Origin: Balanoglossus misakiensis
Taxonomy: Eukaryota > Animalia > Hemichordata
NCBI GenBank assembly: GCA_040954595.2
Contig: CM082581.2
Location: forward strand, 6,812,699 to 6,876,698
Direction of reading: 5' to 3'
Length of the DNA: 64,000 bases
In this document: positions 50,101-62,605 of the stretch, piece after piece
Position numbering within the stretch: position 1 is the stretch's first letter
How the letters are laid out: each line of letters starts with the position of its first letter
The notes under the pieces: generated by a model
The model's input: only the letters and a program-made list of their open reading frames with translations
What the model was told of the DNA's origin: nothing
Databases searched by the model: none
Position numbers and translations under genes: made by a program

Positions 50101-53100
50101 GAGAACTTAAAAAGGTCGGTTCGTATCTGGTGCAAATTCTTCCCCGGGTCTTGCTTAGGACCCATTTCTACTTTTAAAATGTACTTCAATGCGTGTAGAA
50201 TTTATTACTACCAAATTCAAGTTTTCTTTGATATTTTCACATCCTAGGCCATACATCGGAGAACTGACCAACTCTCAGACATGACTTACATTCCAAATCT
50301 TCTCCGACGAAGAGCCAGCATGGAACACGCGCACAATCCGTTTTCAGAGGCTAACGTAAAGGTAACATGTTTTTTAGCCGTCTATGGTTTTTCTATACAA
50401 GAAAGACACACGAAGCGACAGTAAAACTGATTCCTGTTTAACCCCTGTGCGATGGAATACTTTATTTGAGGCCTTGAAACGCAATAAATTACTTTACTTC
50501 GATAGTTAACCCATCAGGCGTATCCGTTTGTTGCAGGGGAAGGGATTGGGAATTGCGCGCGGTATTCGGGCAGACGTCAAACGAAGATTCTCTTGTTACA
50601 TCAGTGACTTCGTCGATGGTAAGAAAATATGAGTTTTGATCTCACCACTTGCAGTTACTGTAGTTTGCTTGTGTAGTATGCATATGGCAACTCTTCCTGC
50701 AAAAAGACATAATTTTGTTTCATTTGTGTTTCCTAGGCGTAGCGGGAGGATCCGGTACAATTCTCAAGGTTTTGATGACAGTCAGCTTTCTGTATTTCTC
50801 TTGTTTTTTGTTCACCGTGGCGCTGGGTGTTCTGAATGATAAAAACAGTCATGGAAATATCGGTAGGTTCGTCAGTGGAGTTTTTTTTCGACAGAAAGGG
50901 CGTGAATGAATGTTGGCCTTATGTTGAACTTGAAAAAAACAACATCTTCATGGGCTACAGGTGCTTGTAACGTTGTTTTTAATCCTGTGTGGACATTTAG
51001 GAGTGAAGAAGGCGATTGTTGGACTGACAATCGCCGGACTTGTCAACGGCTTCTTTGGCGGTCAACATCTCGTTGTCTTGCTGACGTCAGCACCTCTAGC
51101 CCTCTACGCAAAACGTAAGTTTTTTTTCTCTCTGTGCGGTTCCATTGTTGTCGATAAAATATCAACAGGTGTGCTCTCCACAAAATGCAAATCAGCTACG
51201 AGCTTCGAAGTCCTTGCGGGTTACACAGAAACCCAAGGCTCAAGTGAAAACTTCTGTTCTAGTTGTTTAAGCTTGGTGTTGGACGTTCCTTTTGAAACTA
51301 CAAAATGGTGATCTTACAACTGCTCGTATTTCAGTCGTGTACAGGGTGTCGGAGGACATGGGCGCCGACTTCATGGCCGTGTATGCGACGGTCGGCATGT
51401 CCAGTTCTTTCTTCCTGGTCATATACGCCATCTTGGATCTCAGCAAGTACATGAAGTGGTCAACTAGGTGCGTGGATGAGGTGTTTTCTATCTTCGTGGC
51501 CTGTTCCTTCTTGAAGGACGCTTTCACCGACCTGATGGACAGTAAGTTCAAGCTTTGTATGACTTTGCTTTGGCTGGGTTCGGTGGAGAATATAAATGTT
51601 TTTAATAGATTATGACTTGGCATTCTTCAGTTTGAACGCACATGTTCTCGACAGATTGTCGCAATTTCTTTAGCTCTGCAAAAACACCTAGTGCTTTTCT
51701 TAGATTTTCAGAAAAATTACTTGTGCGTGTGGGACAAGACAGGCTACACGAAACAATATTCGTCATCTTCACTGTACAACACCAGCAGTACAACTGACTT
51801 GGTCACCACGGTAACTGCGCTGTTAAACACAACGTCGACCATGCTTTCCAATAATTCCGCGGTTACAACTGGGCTGCCCTCTACAACAAATACCTCAGTT
51901 TGGAGAAAAGAAGATGACGGTTACCATGGCGACGAGACGAAAGGATGTTACCCAGAAAACAGCCTTTTGTTTTTATTGCTGATGATTGGCGTTCCGTCGC
52001 TTGGTATTATCTTGACGGGAGTTCGCAAAAGGTCGGTTGTGTGTTTAGTTTCTTTTGAAATACATCGAATCAATAAACAAAAATAATGAAAAATGTTCCT
52101 TGGAAAAGGAGACATATCTTCTTCGATTTTTATTCTCATTATGACACTTTGTTCTCGATGATTCGCAGTGCTTACCTGGCCAGGACGTATCGTGAGATTC
52201 TCTCTGATCAAGCAATTGGTATTACCGTCATATTTTGGTCCTACGTCGGGAGTTACTGCTTTCGGGCAATTGAATGTGAGTACCTTGTATGTGGGTGACT
52301 GTTTGCTGGTGTGTGTATGCGTGTGTGAGGGGTAGGAGGGGGTGTTGTACTCGGTCGGTCGGTTATTTATTTAGGCCTATGGTAGAAGTGACAGGAATCG
52401 CTACACCCAAATCCATTTTCAATCAGTTTTGAATCACATCATTTTCAGTGAAACCGTGGAACTACGACGGTGACCAGCCTTTGTTCACCTTTCCGGATTT
52501 TTCAACCATGTCGGCGGGAGCTTGGATTTTCAGCGCTTTCATCGGGTTTTGCCTCTCTCTACTCATCTTTATGGATCACAACATCGCAGAATCTCTCGTC
52601 AACGCTCCATCAAATAAGTGAGTAACAAATATTACAAGGGCTGTGAGGAGTTTCTTTAGTTATGTATGTATAACCATGTATGTGTCTATGTGTATGTATA
52701 CGTGTGTATAGGTACGTATATTAGGCTTCTTTTTTTCTTGGTCGAGATTATTTCCAAAACACCGTTAACATTTATTCTGCTTTGTTTCATCTTAGTTTGA
52801 AGAAAGGTACAGCTTATCATTGGGATCTCTTTCTGATTGCAACGATGAACTTCAACTTCGCCTTGTTTGGTTTGCCGATGGTTCATGGCAAGGTCCCCCA
52901 TTCGCCGATGCACGTGATGTCATTGTCCGAAGTTGAAGAGAGGGTCGACCAGGGATACCTGGAGACTGTGTGAGTCACTTTTGACCCTTACCTGTCAGAT
53001 CTGCATCTGAGCCCGTTGTCTCCCTGTTTATTGGTTTACTTTTTATAGCTGAAGCTTATCTGAGGAAATTTGAGAATATTGTAAGTTTCTAACTCTCTAT

Positions 53101-53950
53101 GTCCGTTCCACCGCAGTACCATTGCTGTACACGAGACAAGACTGACCACCATCATAGCTCACGCCCTTATTGGTGTATCTATCTTAATGCTACCACTACC
53201 GATGCAGTACATCCCCAAGGCAGTCCTGGACGGCATCTACATCTTCGTATCGTTGCGTTCTCTGATCGGGAACCAATTCTTCGAGCGGTTACTCCTCATC
53301 ATCACCGAACAGGTAAAGAAACAAAGATAATTTCTTTCTCATATAATATCACCTAAGAAATATATTGCGCGTTTATAAACACAATTCAAAAGTAATGGTG
53401 TTTAATAATGAGATTAGATTATCAAGATTTGTGATTTTTCGTTTATCGTCGCAGTCTGCCTACCCACCCAACAGTTATGTTCGTCGCGTGCCACAACGTA
53501 AAATGCACATCTTTACCCTGATTGAGGTTCTGGAACTCATCGTCATGTGTTATCTCGGACTGAATTCCATTTCGTATATGAAGATGGTCTTCCCAGTCAT
53601 GGTGATTCTGCTCATCCCAGTCAGGTAAGTCGGGTGAAGTACTTTTACACACTTGTTAGACCTTTATATAAAAGACATACAAAAGTGATGGGGTGGTATA
53701 AAAACCTTTACAATGTAAGTATTAAATAGTAGCTTTTTCGGTGCTATGACGAATGGTCATTTACTTGTAGTATTTTGCTTAATATTGTGGCGTAAATCCT
53801 GATTGGTTGAGTGAGTGATTGGTTGGTTGGTCGATCGATTGATATATGGTATTGTCTATTTGAAGTTTGCATTTTCTTTCCACCATTAGACATTTGCTGA
53901 TGCCGAAAATAATCGAGAAGAAGTATCTTGACGCTTTGGACAGACACTAG
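47104..53950 (+). CDS. SLC4A11: SLC4A11-like (BTR1/NaBC1) SLC4-family transporter, ~1296 aa, with long N-terminal extension
   Basis: 18 exons: 47104-48541, 48703-48782, 49044-49251, 49398-49479, 49734-49857, 50004-50114, 50248-50361, 50537-50618, 50737-50862, 51001-51114, 51335-51541, 51704-52031, 52169-52275, 52449-52617, 52796-52969, 53117-53312, 53455-53624, 53890-53950 (TAG); all in frame. Motifs: RHVAIGRL, DVKRRFSCYISDFVDG, FLYFSC, GGQHLVVLLTSAPLALY, KGTAYHWDL, PHSPMH, ETRLT, EQSAYPP..YVRRVPQRKMHIFT. The link of exon 1 to the rest is the least certain part. Confidence 0.9.
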
Positions 53951-54200
53951 GAGACCAGCAGCCCTGTCGGTGTGCTTTGGCCAGAAAAGAACACAAGGTA
54001 TCGATACAACACCATAGAAGTCAGAACTGCGTGGAACGAATGAACAAAAACAAAACTGGAATGAACTTGTTTATTGTAAACCACTATACAACTTTCATAA
54101 TATAAATCTTTAAAAAATGTTCATGAAACAAGATAACAAAGAAAGAATTCTAATTCTACTCAAAATAAATTCTGCATCCAGACATGCATTGAAGGTAAAC

Positions 54201-54287
54201 GACATCTTGGTTCTAGGACAGTCACCCCCTGGAAATGTAACTTCTAACACCTAATCAGGGGGTGACCGTCCAAATAGCCATGATGTC
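54201..54287. mobile_element. Short foldback MITE-like element in the SLC4A11/NSMCE4A 3' region
   Basis: Imperfect ~31-bp inverted repeats gacatcttggttctaggacagtcaccccctg / cagggggtgaccgtccaaatagccatgatgtc; the right end is followed by CTTAA. Confidence 0.6.
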
Positions 54288-54864
54288 CTTAATTCACACT
54301 TCTTGGCTCAAGTTCACCTGATGAACAACATAACAATTATGTTTTTCATGGAATGTGCGCTGGAGATAAACTGAACAAGGTAATCAGACATTTTGTTGCA
54401 TCTGCAAAAACTTGAATGGTTGATATTAACCAGAAAAGTTTCTTGGCAGTCACCCTGAACACAGGCGTTACAAGAATCTAGTATCGGCTCGCTGGATTGA
54501 CCTTACTGACAGCACACTAAAATCATGTGAGGTGTCTTTCTCATATACAGGGTGTACTGTGGCCAGAATCCTAAACAGAGTTGTCCATTGCACTATCCTC
54601 TCCCGCAAACTTTGCGATCCATAGTAAAGCATCTCTTCTGTAAATTTCATTCTGGGCAATCTTCATAACTGCTGAGATATAAAACCAAAATAAAATGTAT
54701 TTATTGATTATTGTGTTATATTCAGAGATGTTGCTTCATTTCAGTGAACACTCAAAACAGTGATTGTAATGTCCCTGCAAAACTGTGTCACTCAGCAAAA
54801 CATCATGTTTTTCCGGTACATTTACAATGTGACAAACTGTAAGATTCCTCACCTGAATCCAGTA

Positions 54865-57641
54865 TTAGCTTGCATCACTGTCACTCTCGTCATGGTAACC
54901 GTTGCTCTCCATTTGCTTTGTGGACCTCGTCGGTATAATTGGCCTGTCAATTTCAAAAGTTCTTTTGATCTCCTAGGAAAACAAAAAAAAGTACCAAATC
55001 TGAGCAACTTTGCCCAATTAACTGATAGGGAGGTGGGAATGGGGGTCAGATATTGTGTAGTTTCACCTACCCTCCACTGATCCTTGTCCATAGAAACCAT
55101 CACTTGTTTCTTTTCAACTCTCTGCTCTGTCTGGCCATCCACGTAGGGTTCTGTGGGAGCTGTATTTAAACACAGATATACATACATATGAGAGATACAT
55201 ATACGTTGCAGCCCGAATAACATGGGGTTCTCACTGTTGCTAAAACATTTCTTCATGTCTGTCCGTCTGCAGAGACAAAAAATATGGAAATTTGTTTCTA
55301 ATATTCCACTTACCTACAACAGGTAGATTATCTTCATCAAGGTATATTTCTGCGTGGCCATCCTGGAAAAAAAACAACAGAATTAATATTGAATATTGCG
55401 TGATATAAATTTCAGAGTTGTGTACTTCGTAAACAGATGTCACTTCAAAAATGGTCAGTTTAATACTATCCAGTCTAACTCTACAGCATCCCACTTGCCA
55501 GCAATTCCATCCACCAAACTCAAAATGCATCCAATGATATAATGGCTTACCTTGACAAGGAAAGACAAGTGGAACATATTCTCCACTGTTTGTGCAAATG
55601 ATTCCGGGTTGACAATAAACTCAAAGTAACTGATAGCTTCCGCTGTGAAGAAAACAGAGACCTATTAAGCTCTGTAATCTCTTCCATTTTGTGTTTTGAC
55701 AAAAATCAGATAAAAAATCAGCCACTGACAACATCCCACAAATCTCTAAACTTACATTCACTGGAATCCTCCGTGGACTGTGTCACTTGTTTCAAAATAC
55801 TCAACATCTTCTCAACCTCTTCCGTGGTCACTTCTTTCTGATTTTTCTCCAGATTTGCCAGCTTTGAAATGAAGAGTGATATTTGTAAGCCACACAAATC
55901 AAAAGATGCTGGGTGCACTACATATACATGTATAAATAGGAATATTAGACCACACACCTGCTCTGGTCGCACTTTTGGCCCAAGTTCCTTATCCGACATC
56001 TTTCTTCTATTGGCGACCCTTTTGGTCTTGGTGACTTCTCCTCTCTCAAATGACCCTAACCTGTATGCAGTGTAGAAACAAAAACATGATTCAGCAAAGT
56101 AAAGTTTGGCAAGTCAAGTGTTGGTGATACTAGATTGTTTCAAAATGACTGGTTACCCCTGCACATCCTAAGGTTGTTCTTGATCTGTGCTTTTATTATG
56201 CCTTCAGAGAAAAATTTCTCGCAATAAAATGAATGCTGATATAAAAATGTATAGCACTGACATGAAATGGAATGCTGGAACTCTTCTGAATAACGGGAAA
56301 ACCTCTCTGCCCAACTTGGCCCATGATCCTTTGGGTATCCTTCTTTCTTGTTGGTCGCTGCCTTCCATGTCAATCTGCCTTCCACTCATAAAGGTCACCT
56401 ACGAGGGCAGTATTATGGTTATTATGAGTCCACTTTTCATATATGGGAATTCAATGGATCAAGAAAATTTCAGCACTGCAAATACAGGATCATTTGAACG
56501 AACTCAAATTTTGACACAGCACCACCTGACACCTGGTACCACCACTGTCATTTTCATCTCTTTGTTTCTTGGACCTGGTAATTTGCTATACCTTGTATGT
56601 CGATAACGATCACTGGACCTGGCATGATGTCAGATTACATTTTTGTACTCACTACTTTCTCAACAAACTCTGTTGGTTCAAAAACCATCAGGTCCGTTCG
56701 CAACTGGTGAGCTTGTTGATTTCCAAGAGATATGGCCAACACCAGGAACTGGGAATCCAACGCCGCTTCTCGAGTCGCAGTACTGTCTTTCACTGCAACA
56801 GATCGTTTGATCATCAGTGCATTGTTAATCATGGCCATATATATATACTGAATAAACATATTCATTCATTCATTCATTTATTCGTCAATCATTTTGGTGA
56901 ACTAAATCCAAAGACAGCTTCAATCAATGACCACTACAATAAAATTTGACCATAGTATAATACCCAGCATTAGTATACTATACTTCTCCCCAAGGAATGC
57001 TACACAACTGAATCCTGCTTTGCTTTACCTTGCCAGAACAGGTCGTTAGCCTTGTCGAGAGAGTCACCCAAACCAGAGGAGGCTGGGTTGATGAGGTCCA
57101 ACCTGTTTCCTGCAAAGAATCAATATCATCTATGATCAGCAAAAAGCACCATTTGCAACCACTTTGAGAATGCAACTATTATAGAATCAGTGATAAAATG
57201 CAATGTCTATAGTGGTTAAAATTAATAAAAGTTCCTTTTTAATAGGCCCTTTCGTTGTCCATGGGGCTTCAAAATTGTTGTCTTAATGTCTTAGAAATGG
57301 TAAGAGGAATTATACAAACTGACACTGTTATGATGGGATCAAGATAATTGGCTCAACCCGGAAGTGGCACTGTTTGTTTACACATTTAGTGAACAACACG
57401 GTTTTCCTGTCAACTTGAAATTCCATCACCTCAGAGAAGATCGGACTTTTCACTTACTTTGCGTGTCTGTAATGAGATTTCTATACTCATGTCGTATACG
57501 CCGTCTTTGTCGCAATGTCTCGTTGGCATTGCCGTTTCCACCAGCAGCACCGATGTCCATTTCCCCCATGCATTCAACATCTGCTCTTCGTCCCGATCTC
57601 GCTCCCCTTGACTGTCGTGCAGACATTGTTCGTTTGCTCAT
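54865..57641 (-). CDS. NSMCE4A: Non-SMC element 4 (Nse4/EID3-family kleisin of SMC5/6), 362 aa
   Basis: Exons (minus strand) 57641-57458, 57109-57029, 56792-56653, 56398-56262, 56060-55958, 55861-55756, 55642-55551, 55362-55314, 55159-55071, 54972-54865 (TAA) total 1089 nt. Motifs: [58 protein letters not shown]. Confidence 0.93.
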
Positions 57642-58240
57642 TTTCCACAGTTTGTTGGATCGTTCTTGTGTTCAATACTTCGTCGGATCGGAACAAATCA
57701 ATAAAGCCCGGTGCTACTTTCACATACTTTAACGCACTCAGAAGTACACGATCTCACTCACAACACGACTTTTTCGCGGGATACTATGTTTACAAATTTT
57801 GCGCATGCTCATTCATTAATTTTACGTGAAAGACTGAGTCCATGGATTGGTCTACCGTCATGGACCCTTACGTGAGAAAAAGTTCGCTGTTAGTGTAGAA
57901 TAAGAGTAAAGGGGGTCTAATTATTGACAAGTGCTTGTAAAATTTCGGTGAAGATAATATCTGAATAAACATTTGCCTGAAAAGAGAAGGGTATTACAAC
58001 TGCAATGAATTTTGCATAGTATTCCGCAGTCGGCGTCTTTGGCCAATCAAACTGTCTGACACTTGACAAACATGATGATGTCATCCTAAGCTCCCAGGTC
58101 AAGAAACTTCTGAATTTTTCAGATATAATGTCACAGGTGATTTTTTGAGTTACGATCAGAAGTGGAAATGATGTATAAAATAATTATTTGAAAATAAATA
58201 TCGCATTTATCGTTATAGTAATGAAAACAGCAAAATTTCC

Positions 58241-58405
58241 CCACTTCCGGTAAAGGAGCGGCTTTTAAAAATTTGGCAGGCATCGCGCATGCTCTGTAGG
58301 AGCTGGTCCACCAAAATGACGGTTATGGATTTCGAACCAGAAAGCGGTGTTGTTGTGGACCACATCCCAGCTCCATATCTTTTGGACATTTTCAAAGTAA
58401 AGGAG
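58241..58405 (+). promoter_or_regulatory. Divergent promoter and candidate first exon of the downstream + strand gene
   Basis: ETS/GABP-type CCACTTCCGG at 58241-58250, CpG-containing stretch, strong donor GAG|GTAAGA at 58405/58406; about 600 bp from the NSMCE4A ATG. Confidence 0.45.
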
Positions 58406-60598
58406 GTAAGAGCATAGAGATCCCGAAAATAGCTGGAAAATTCACACAACAGTGCGTCATCTACAAAATATTTCAATGGGATTGTGTACAGCTGTGTGAA
58501 TTGCAGCCATTTTGAAGGTGGACGTGTGCCAAAATTTTTAAACAAGGTGATAGCACTCTACCGGGTTTGTGCACCGTTATGATAAGGTCAAGTCAGACAA
58601 TCCAAACACATGGTGTGAAGATGTTAGCGGAATTTAAGTTGTCGATCGCCCAATTGGCTTCTAAAACACAGATGCATCAGAACATTAACACCCGTGTGAA
58701 CGTTACTTGTAATGTTATTTTATTCATTTCCATTGATTTTTAGAAGTCTTGTCACAAAATCTTGTTTTGCATTGTGGGGACGTTATGAGCTTGAGCTCAG
58801 CTCTACACAGTACCTCCATTGTTGGCCAAGTGAACGTTTTACACTGACATTTCTTCAATTCATCCATCTGAGTAATCCACCCATTCAGTTTTCTTCTTTC
58901 CTTGACAACTAGAACTACAGTAATGCCCAAGGCAACTTTGAACTTTGAAAGCAAAAAGTTCAATGTTCAGTTACAGCTCATCATGATGCAGAACAGTGCC
59001 TGGCCTTGTATGTTTCTGTCCTTCTAGTTCTGCTGATACTGATAGGTCACAGTGTTTTTCGCGGTCATTTCCTGTAGAGTCATCATGTCAACACACACCT
59101 TTCTTGGGGAAATTGCCCGCCATTTGAAATACTTGAGATTCATTGCCCTTATGCAGCAAATAAACCCAGAAACAGTGATGAAAGCCAAAAAGAAATGTAC
59201 ATACAATGTATGCCATCAATGGCATCATGCCATGTCCACACACCTTTGATAGATGTTTGTTGTTCAACAGTCTAAATAGCCTACAGTCTAAATGGCCCAT
59301 GAGTTTTATTAGAGGTCAGTACATGTGTAAATGTCAACAGTACGCTCACTCAGCCAGTATGGTTGAACTTGAACGCAATGCTGTATAGCTGATCTCTGGG
59401 GGATTGATGTAGTCTGTGCAGCACAGTCACTGCCTGGTTCATCATTCAATTGGTGTAGTGTACATGCACTTATCATACATTACATGTACATACAGTACTT
59501 ATACACACCCATCTCCTTGGTAACATCACTGTATTAGCCCTGTGTGATAATATGTTGCCCACTCAGCTCTGAACAATTCACATTGCAGAGATGCCCGGTA
59601 GTTCGAATTGACACTTGCTATGTAATAGCCACTCCTGTTTAGCGCTAATAAATTATCTTCATTTACTATTTAGTAGTCACATGGCTGCAAGGCTACGCAA
59701 ATGGAGTTTATTACTGTGGGAAGAGACATTGTTATATTTCTGAATCCAGTCAGTGAATTTTCATCCAGATTTCAGTTTTTTTGTAAAAAGTATTATTGCC
59801 CCCAATAAAAATAACTACAGTGTTGTTTGCGTCTTTTCACGGAACACCACCTGGTGCCAGGTGATGTCATTCTAAAATAAATACTCCATTTCAGACATTG
59901 AAAAATTGAATGAGGGGTTGAACAGTGACAAAGCTCATGTTTGTCATGTTTCGCATCCTGCATGTTAATACACTGGGATGGATTCTTTCTAAATTGGAAT
60001 TGTGGTCAGCCATTATGTAGTACAATGTATTTGTAGCTCCTTCGTACAATTTTCTGGAGCAAAACTTTTGACGCTATGAATTAACTACTACCATGTACTT
60101 GTCTGTTGTATTTTGTTCATCTTTCCAAGACATGTATACTATGAGTAACACATGTTTACTCATACATGTACATGCATTCCATTCCTGGCATTCGCCAGTG
60201 TGCGCCCCATCCAGCTGGTTTCCCTTTGTGGCTGATCCAGTTCCATCCTAAATCATGGATAGCTGTCAGGTGTAAATTCCAGAGATAATTGTCACCTATT
60301 ACCCATTTTAAATGTGTGAATTGCCACTATGGTACTAACTGTGGCGAATTATATAATTCTGGTTAGCACCATTGCTCTGTATTGAAGCACTGTGTCTGAC
60401 TTGTGATAGATTATCGGACAGTTGTCATGACCACCCCAAATTCCAAACATTCATTGTGATATTTAAATTCTGATTTTCAGGAAGTTAGTATGTTCATTTC
60501 ACAATATCTTCATAGACAACATGTATGATTTTAAGTAATCCACTATGAAAATTTCTTTGGAATGTAATAAATTTTACTTTTTTTCCCCCAGACTTACA

Positions 60599-60775
60599 AT
60601 GAGTTTTAGCTGTTCAGTATCATTGGTCGATGAGAATACTGAGCCAGATAAAGGATTTTCACAGAGTACGGAAAAGAATCCCAATCTTCGATCATCCCCG
60701 GTGTTGCACTCGATCTTGAAACCGTCGCAGAAGAACAATCTTCAACAGAGATATTCACCAAGGAAGCGACCCAAG
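60599..60775 (+). CDS. TACC3: Probable first coding exon of a TACC (TACC3-like) gene that continues beyond the window
   Basis: Acceptor ends at 60591, ATG at 60599, donor AAG|GTAAGA at 60775 (phase 0). MSFSCSVSLVDEN...SILKPSQKNNL...K resembles the TACC3 N-terminus (MSLQVLNDKN...SVLRVSQKENV...K). Its position head-to-head with NSMCE4A mirrors vertebrate NSMCE4A-TACC2. The TACC coiled-coil is not in the window. Confidence 0.5.
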
Positions 60776-61766
60776 GTAAGACATATCTATTATGATAAAT
60801 TCTCAGTCTGTCACCAAATATTAGGTTAAACAGACATGCCCTTCTTGGCAGAGCAAAGAAAATTCAGGATTGAATTCAGCCACAGGGTTCCAGTTTTTAA
60901 AAACACACCGACTGTCAGCTTGTCATTTCATTCATAGTATTGTAGAAGCTTTCATTAGATTCATTCATCAGAAAATTCTTTAAATTTTCCATATATGAGT
61001 GCTGCATTTTTTTTAGAAAATGTAAAAAAATCCCAAAGCAGCATGGTCAATGCATGTCAAAAATGTCATATTTGTAAGTGTACAGATTCATATAATCAGG
61101 ATGTTAAAGTAGGAAAGTGTCACTGCGACAGATTTACGTAGAAAAATGACAGCAGTACCTTTCTTTGAGAGGGGTAGTCCAAATTAACAATACTTGAGAT
61201 ATGTGAAAATGTTTCGAGAAAAAGAAGTGTTATTCAAAGAAGAGACTGAAATTTGAAATGACAGTCACAACAGCCAATCATATGAACAGAGTGCAAGTAA
61301 TTTGACAGCAAATAAACTAGTGTCCGCAATCTAACGAGAGCTGGAATGTACTTTAATCAGTACTTCTGTCATGTTATCACGTAAAGTGGCCATTAATGAG
61401 CTTTTGAACCAGTCAAACTATTTGATATTGGCTGTAAATGGTTGATTATTTTGCATGTTATTTCGATTTGGGTTAGAAACTAAAATGAAGGGAATTGTTC
61501 AGGGCAGTTCTGTGAAATTACTTTGTTTGTGATATGGGAACGTAAATCCTGATTATATAAATGTACTGAAATGCAAAGGCTTCGTAAATATAAATTGTTC
61601 ATTTTGTAGTATTTGCATTCCATCCAGTTTCAGCCACTGTTCCTTCCCATTTCATCCGTATGTGTGTTTGTCTCCCTGTTTTGTTTACGACGTTGCCCCA
61701 GTCCATGCGGCTGGGGCAGTGTCCGTCCATTCTCTCTTCATTTTCTTTTTCTTTGCCGATGACCAG

Positions 61767-61832
61767 ACTGCCAGAGAAATGGCGGAGACCACAGAATCAA
61801 GTGTGTCAGTGGTAGATCATGAGCCGATAGAG
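61767..61832 (+). CDS. Possible 66-nt internal or alternative-start exon of the same gene (TAREMAETTESSVSVVDHEPIE)
   Basis: Polypyrimidine tract plus CAG ending at 61766, donor GAG|GTATCA, phase 0/0, internal ATG at 61779 in good context (gaaATGG). Confidence 0.35.
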
Positions 61833-61989
61833 GTATCAGAGCAAAAAAGGCGATGCAGTCGTCTCATTTCTCCATCCTAGATTCTTACTTTCTCATTGCT
61901 TTTCAGTCACCGGCGCAAAATACACTAATCGCAACGGTATAACTGTATATGCTGCAAGATGCACTTTTCCCCCCTCCCTTTTATATATA

Positions 61990-62605
61990 CCGTAGTTTGC
62001 CGGGTAAGAACCCCTGCTCGGACAAACGCCCCCCCTGGTTTTAGGGCCCATTTGTAGATCGAGGCCATATCCGGTCTAAAGCCCCCCCCCCCCCCCCCCC
62101 CCGGCCGAATATCCATTAAATTCTTGGAAATTTAATAAAGTGCAATGCAAAAAAGGCGGATTTTCATCCCCAAAGTCACTAAAAGTGAAAAAAAAAATGT
62201 ATGATGATTTACTTTCGCGCTGATTATCGTACCCACCGCGGCCGACTGGCCACGCTGAGTTATATATAGCCGCTCTAGAAAACATGACCTCAGACAGGGC
62301 CCTCGGGACCGTGCCTCGAATTCAACGATCACGTAGATGGACGCGCTGCCGCGTGTAAGGTCACCGGGGAGCTTTCCAAAGCGGCCGCGTGGAGCTGCTT
62401 CAGCCCGTCCTCGACGCGAAACACCCAACATTGGAAGATCCCGACTTGGACTCGGAGAATGAACCACTCAAAAATTTGCATAAAAGTCGAGGTGGCCATC
62501 CCTCATTTGCATAAATCTCGAGGCCATATCCGGGCTAAAGCCCCCCCCTGTTTTTTCGCTAATCTGTTGGCCCAGCACCCGGGGCTCTTACCCGGCAAAC
62601 TACGG
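61990..62605. mobile_element. 616-bp non-autonomous Tc1/mariner-superfamily (Tc2/pogo-type, CCGTA ends) DNA transposon
   Basis: TIR CCGTAGTTTGCCGGGTAAGA(A/G)CCCC, 24 of 25 nt matching, with TA duplication at 61988-61989 and 62606-62607. Internal direct repeat TCGAGGCCATATCCGG.CTAAAGCCCCCCC at ~62059 and ~62518. GC-rich relative to flanks; no transposase ORF. Confidence 0.88.
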
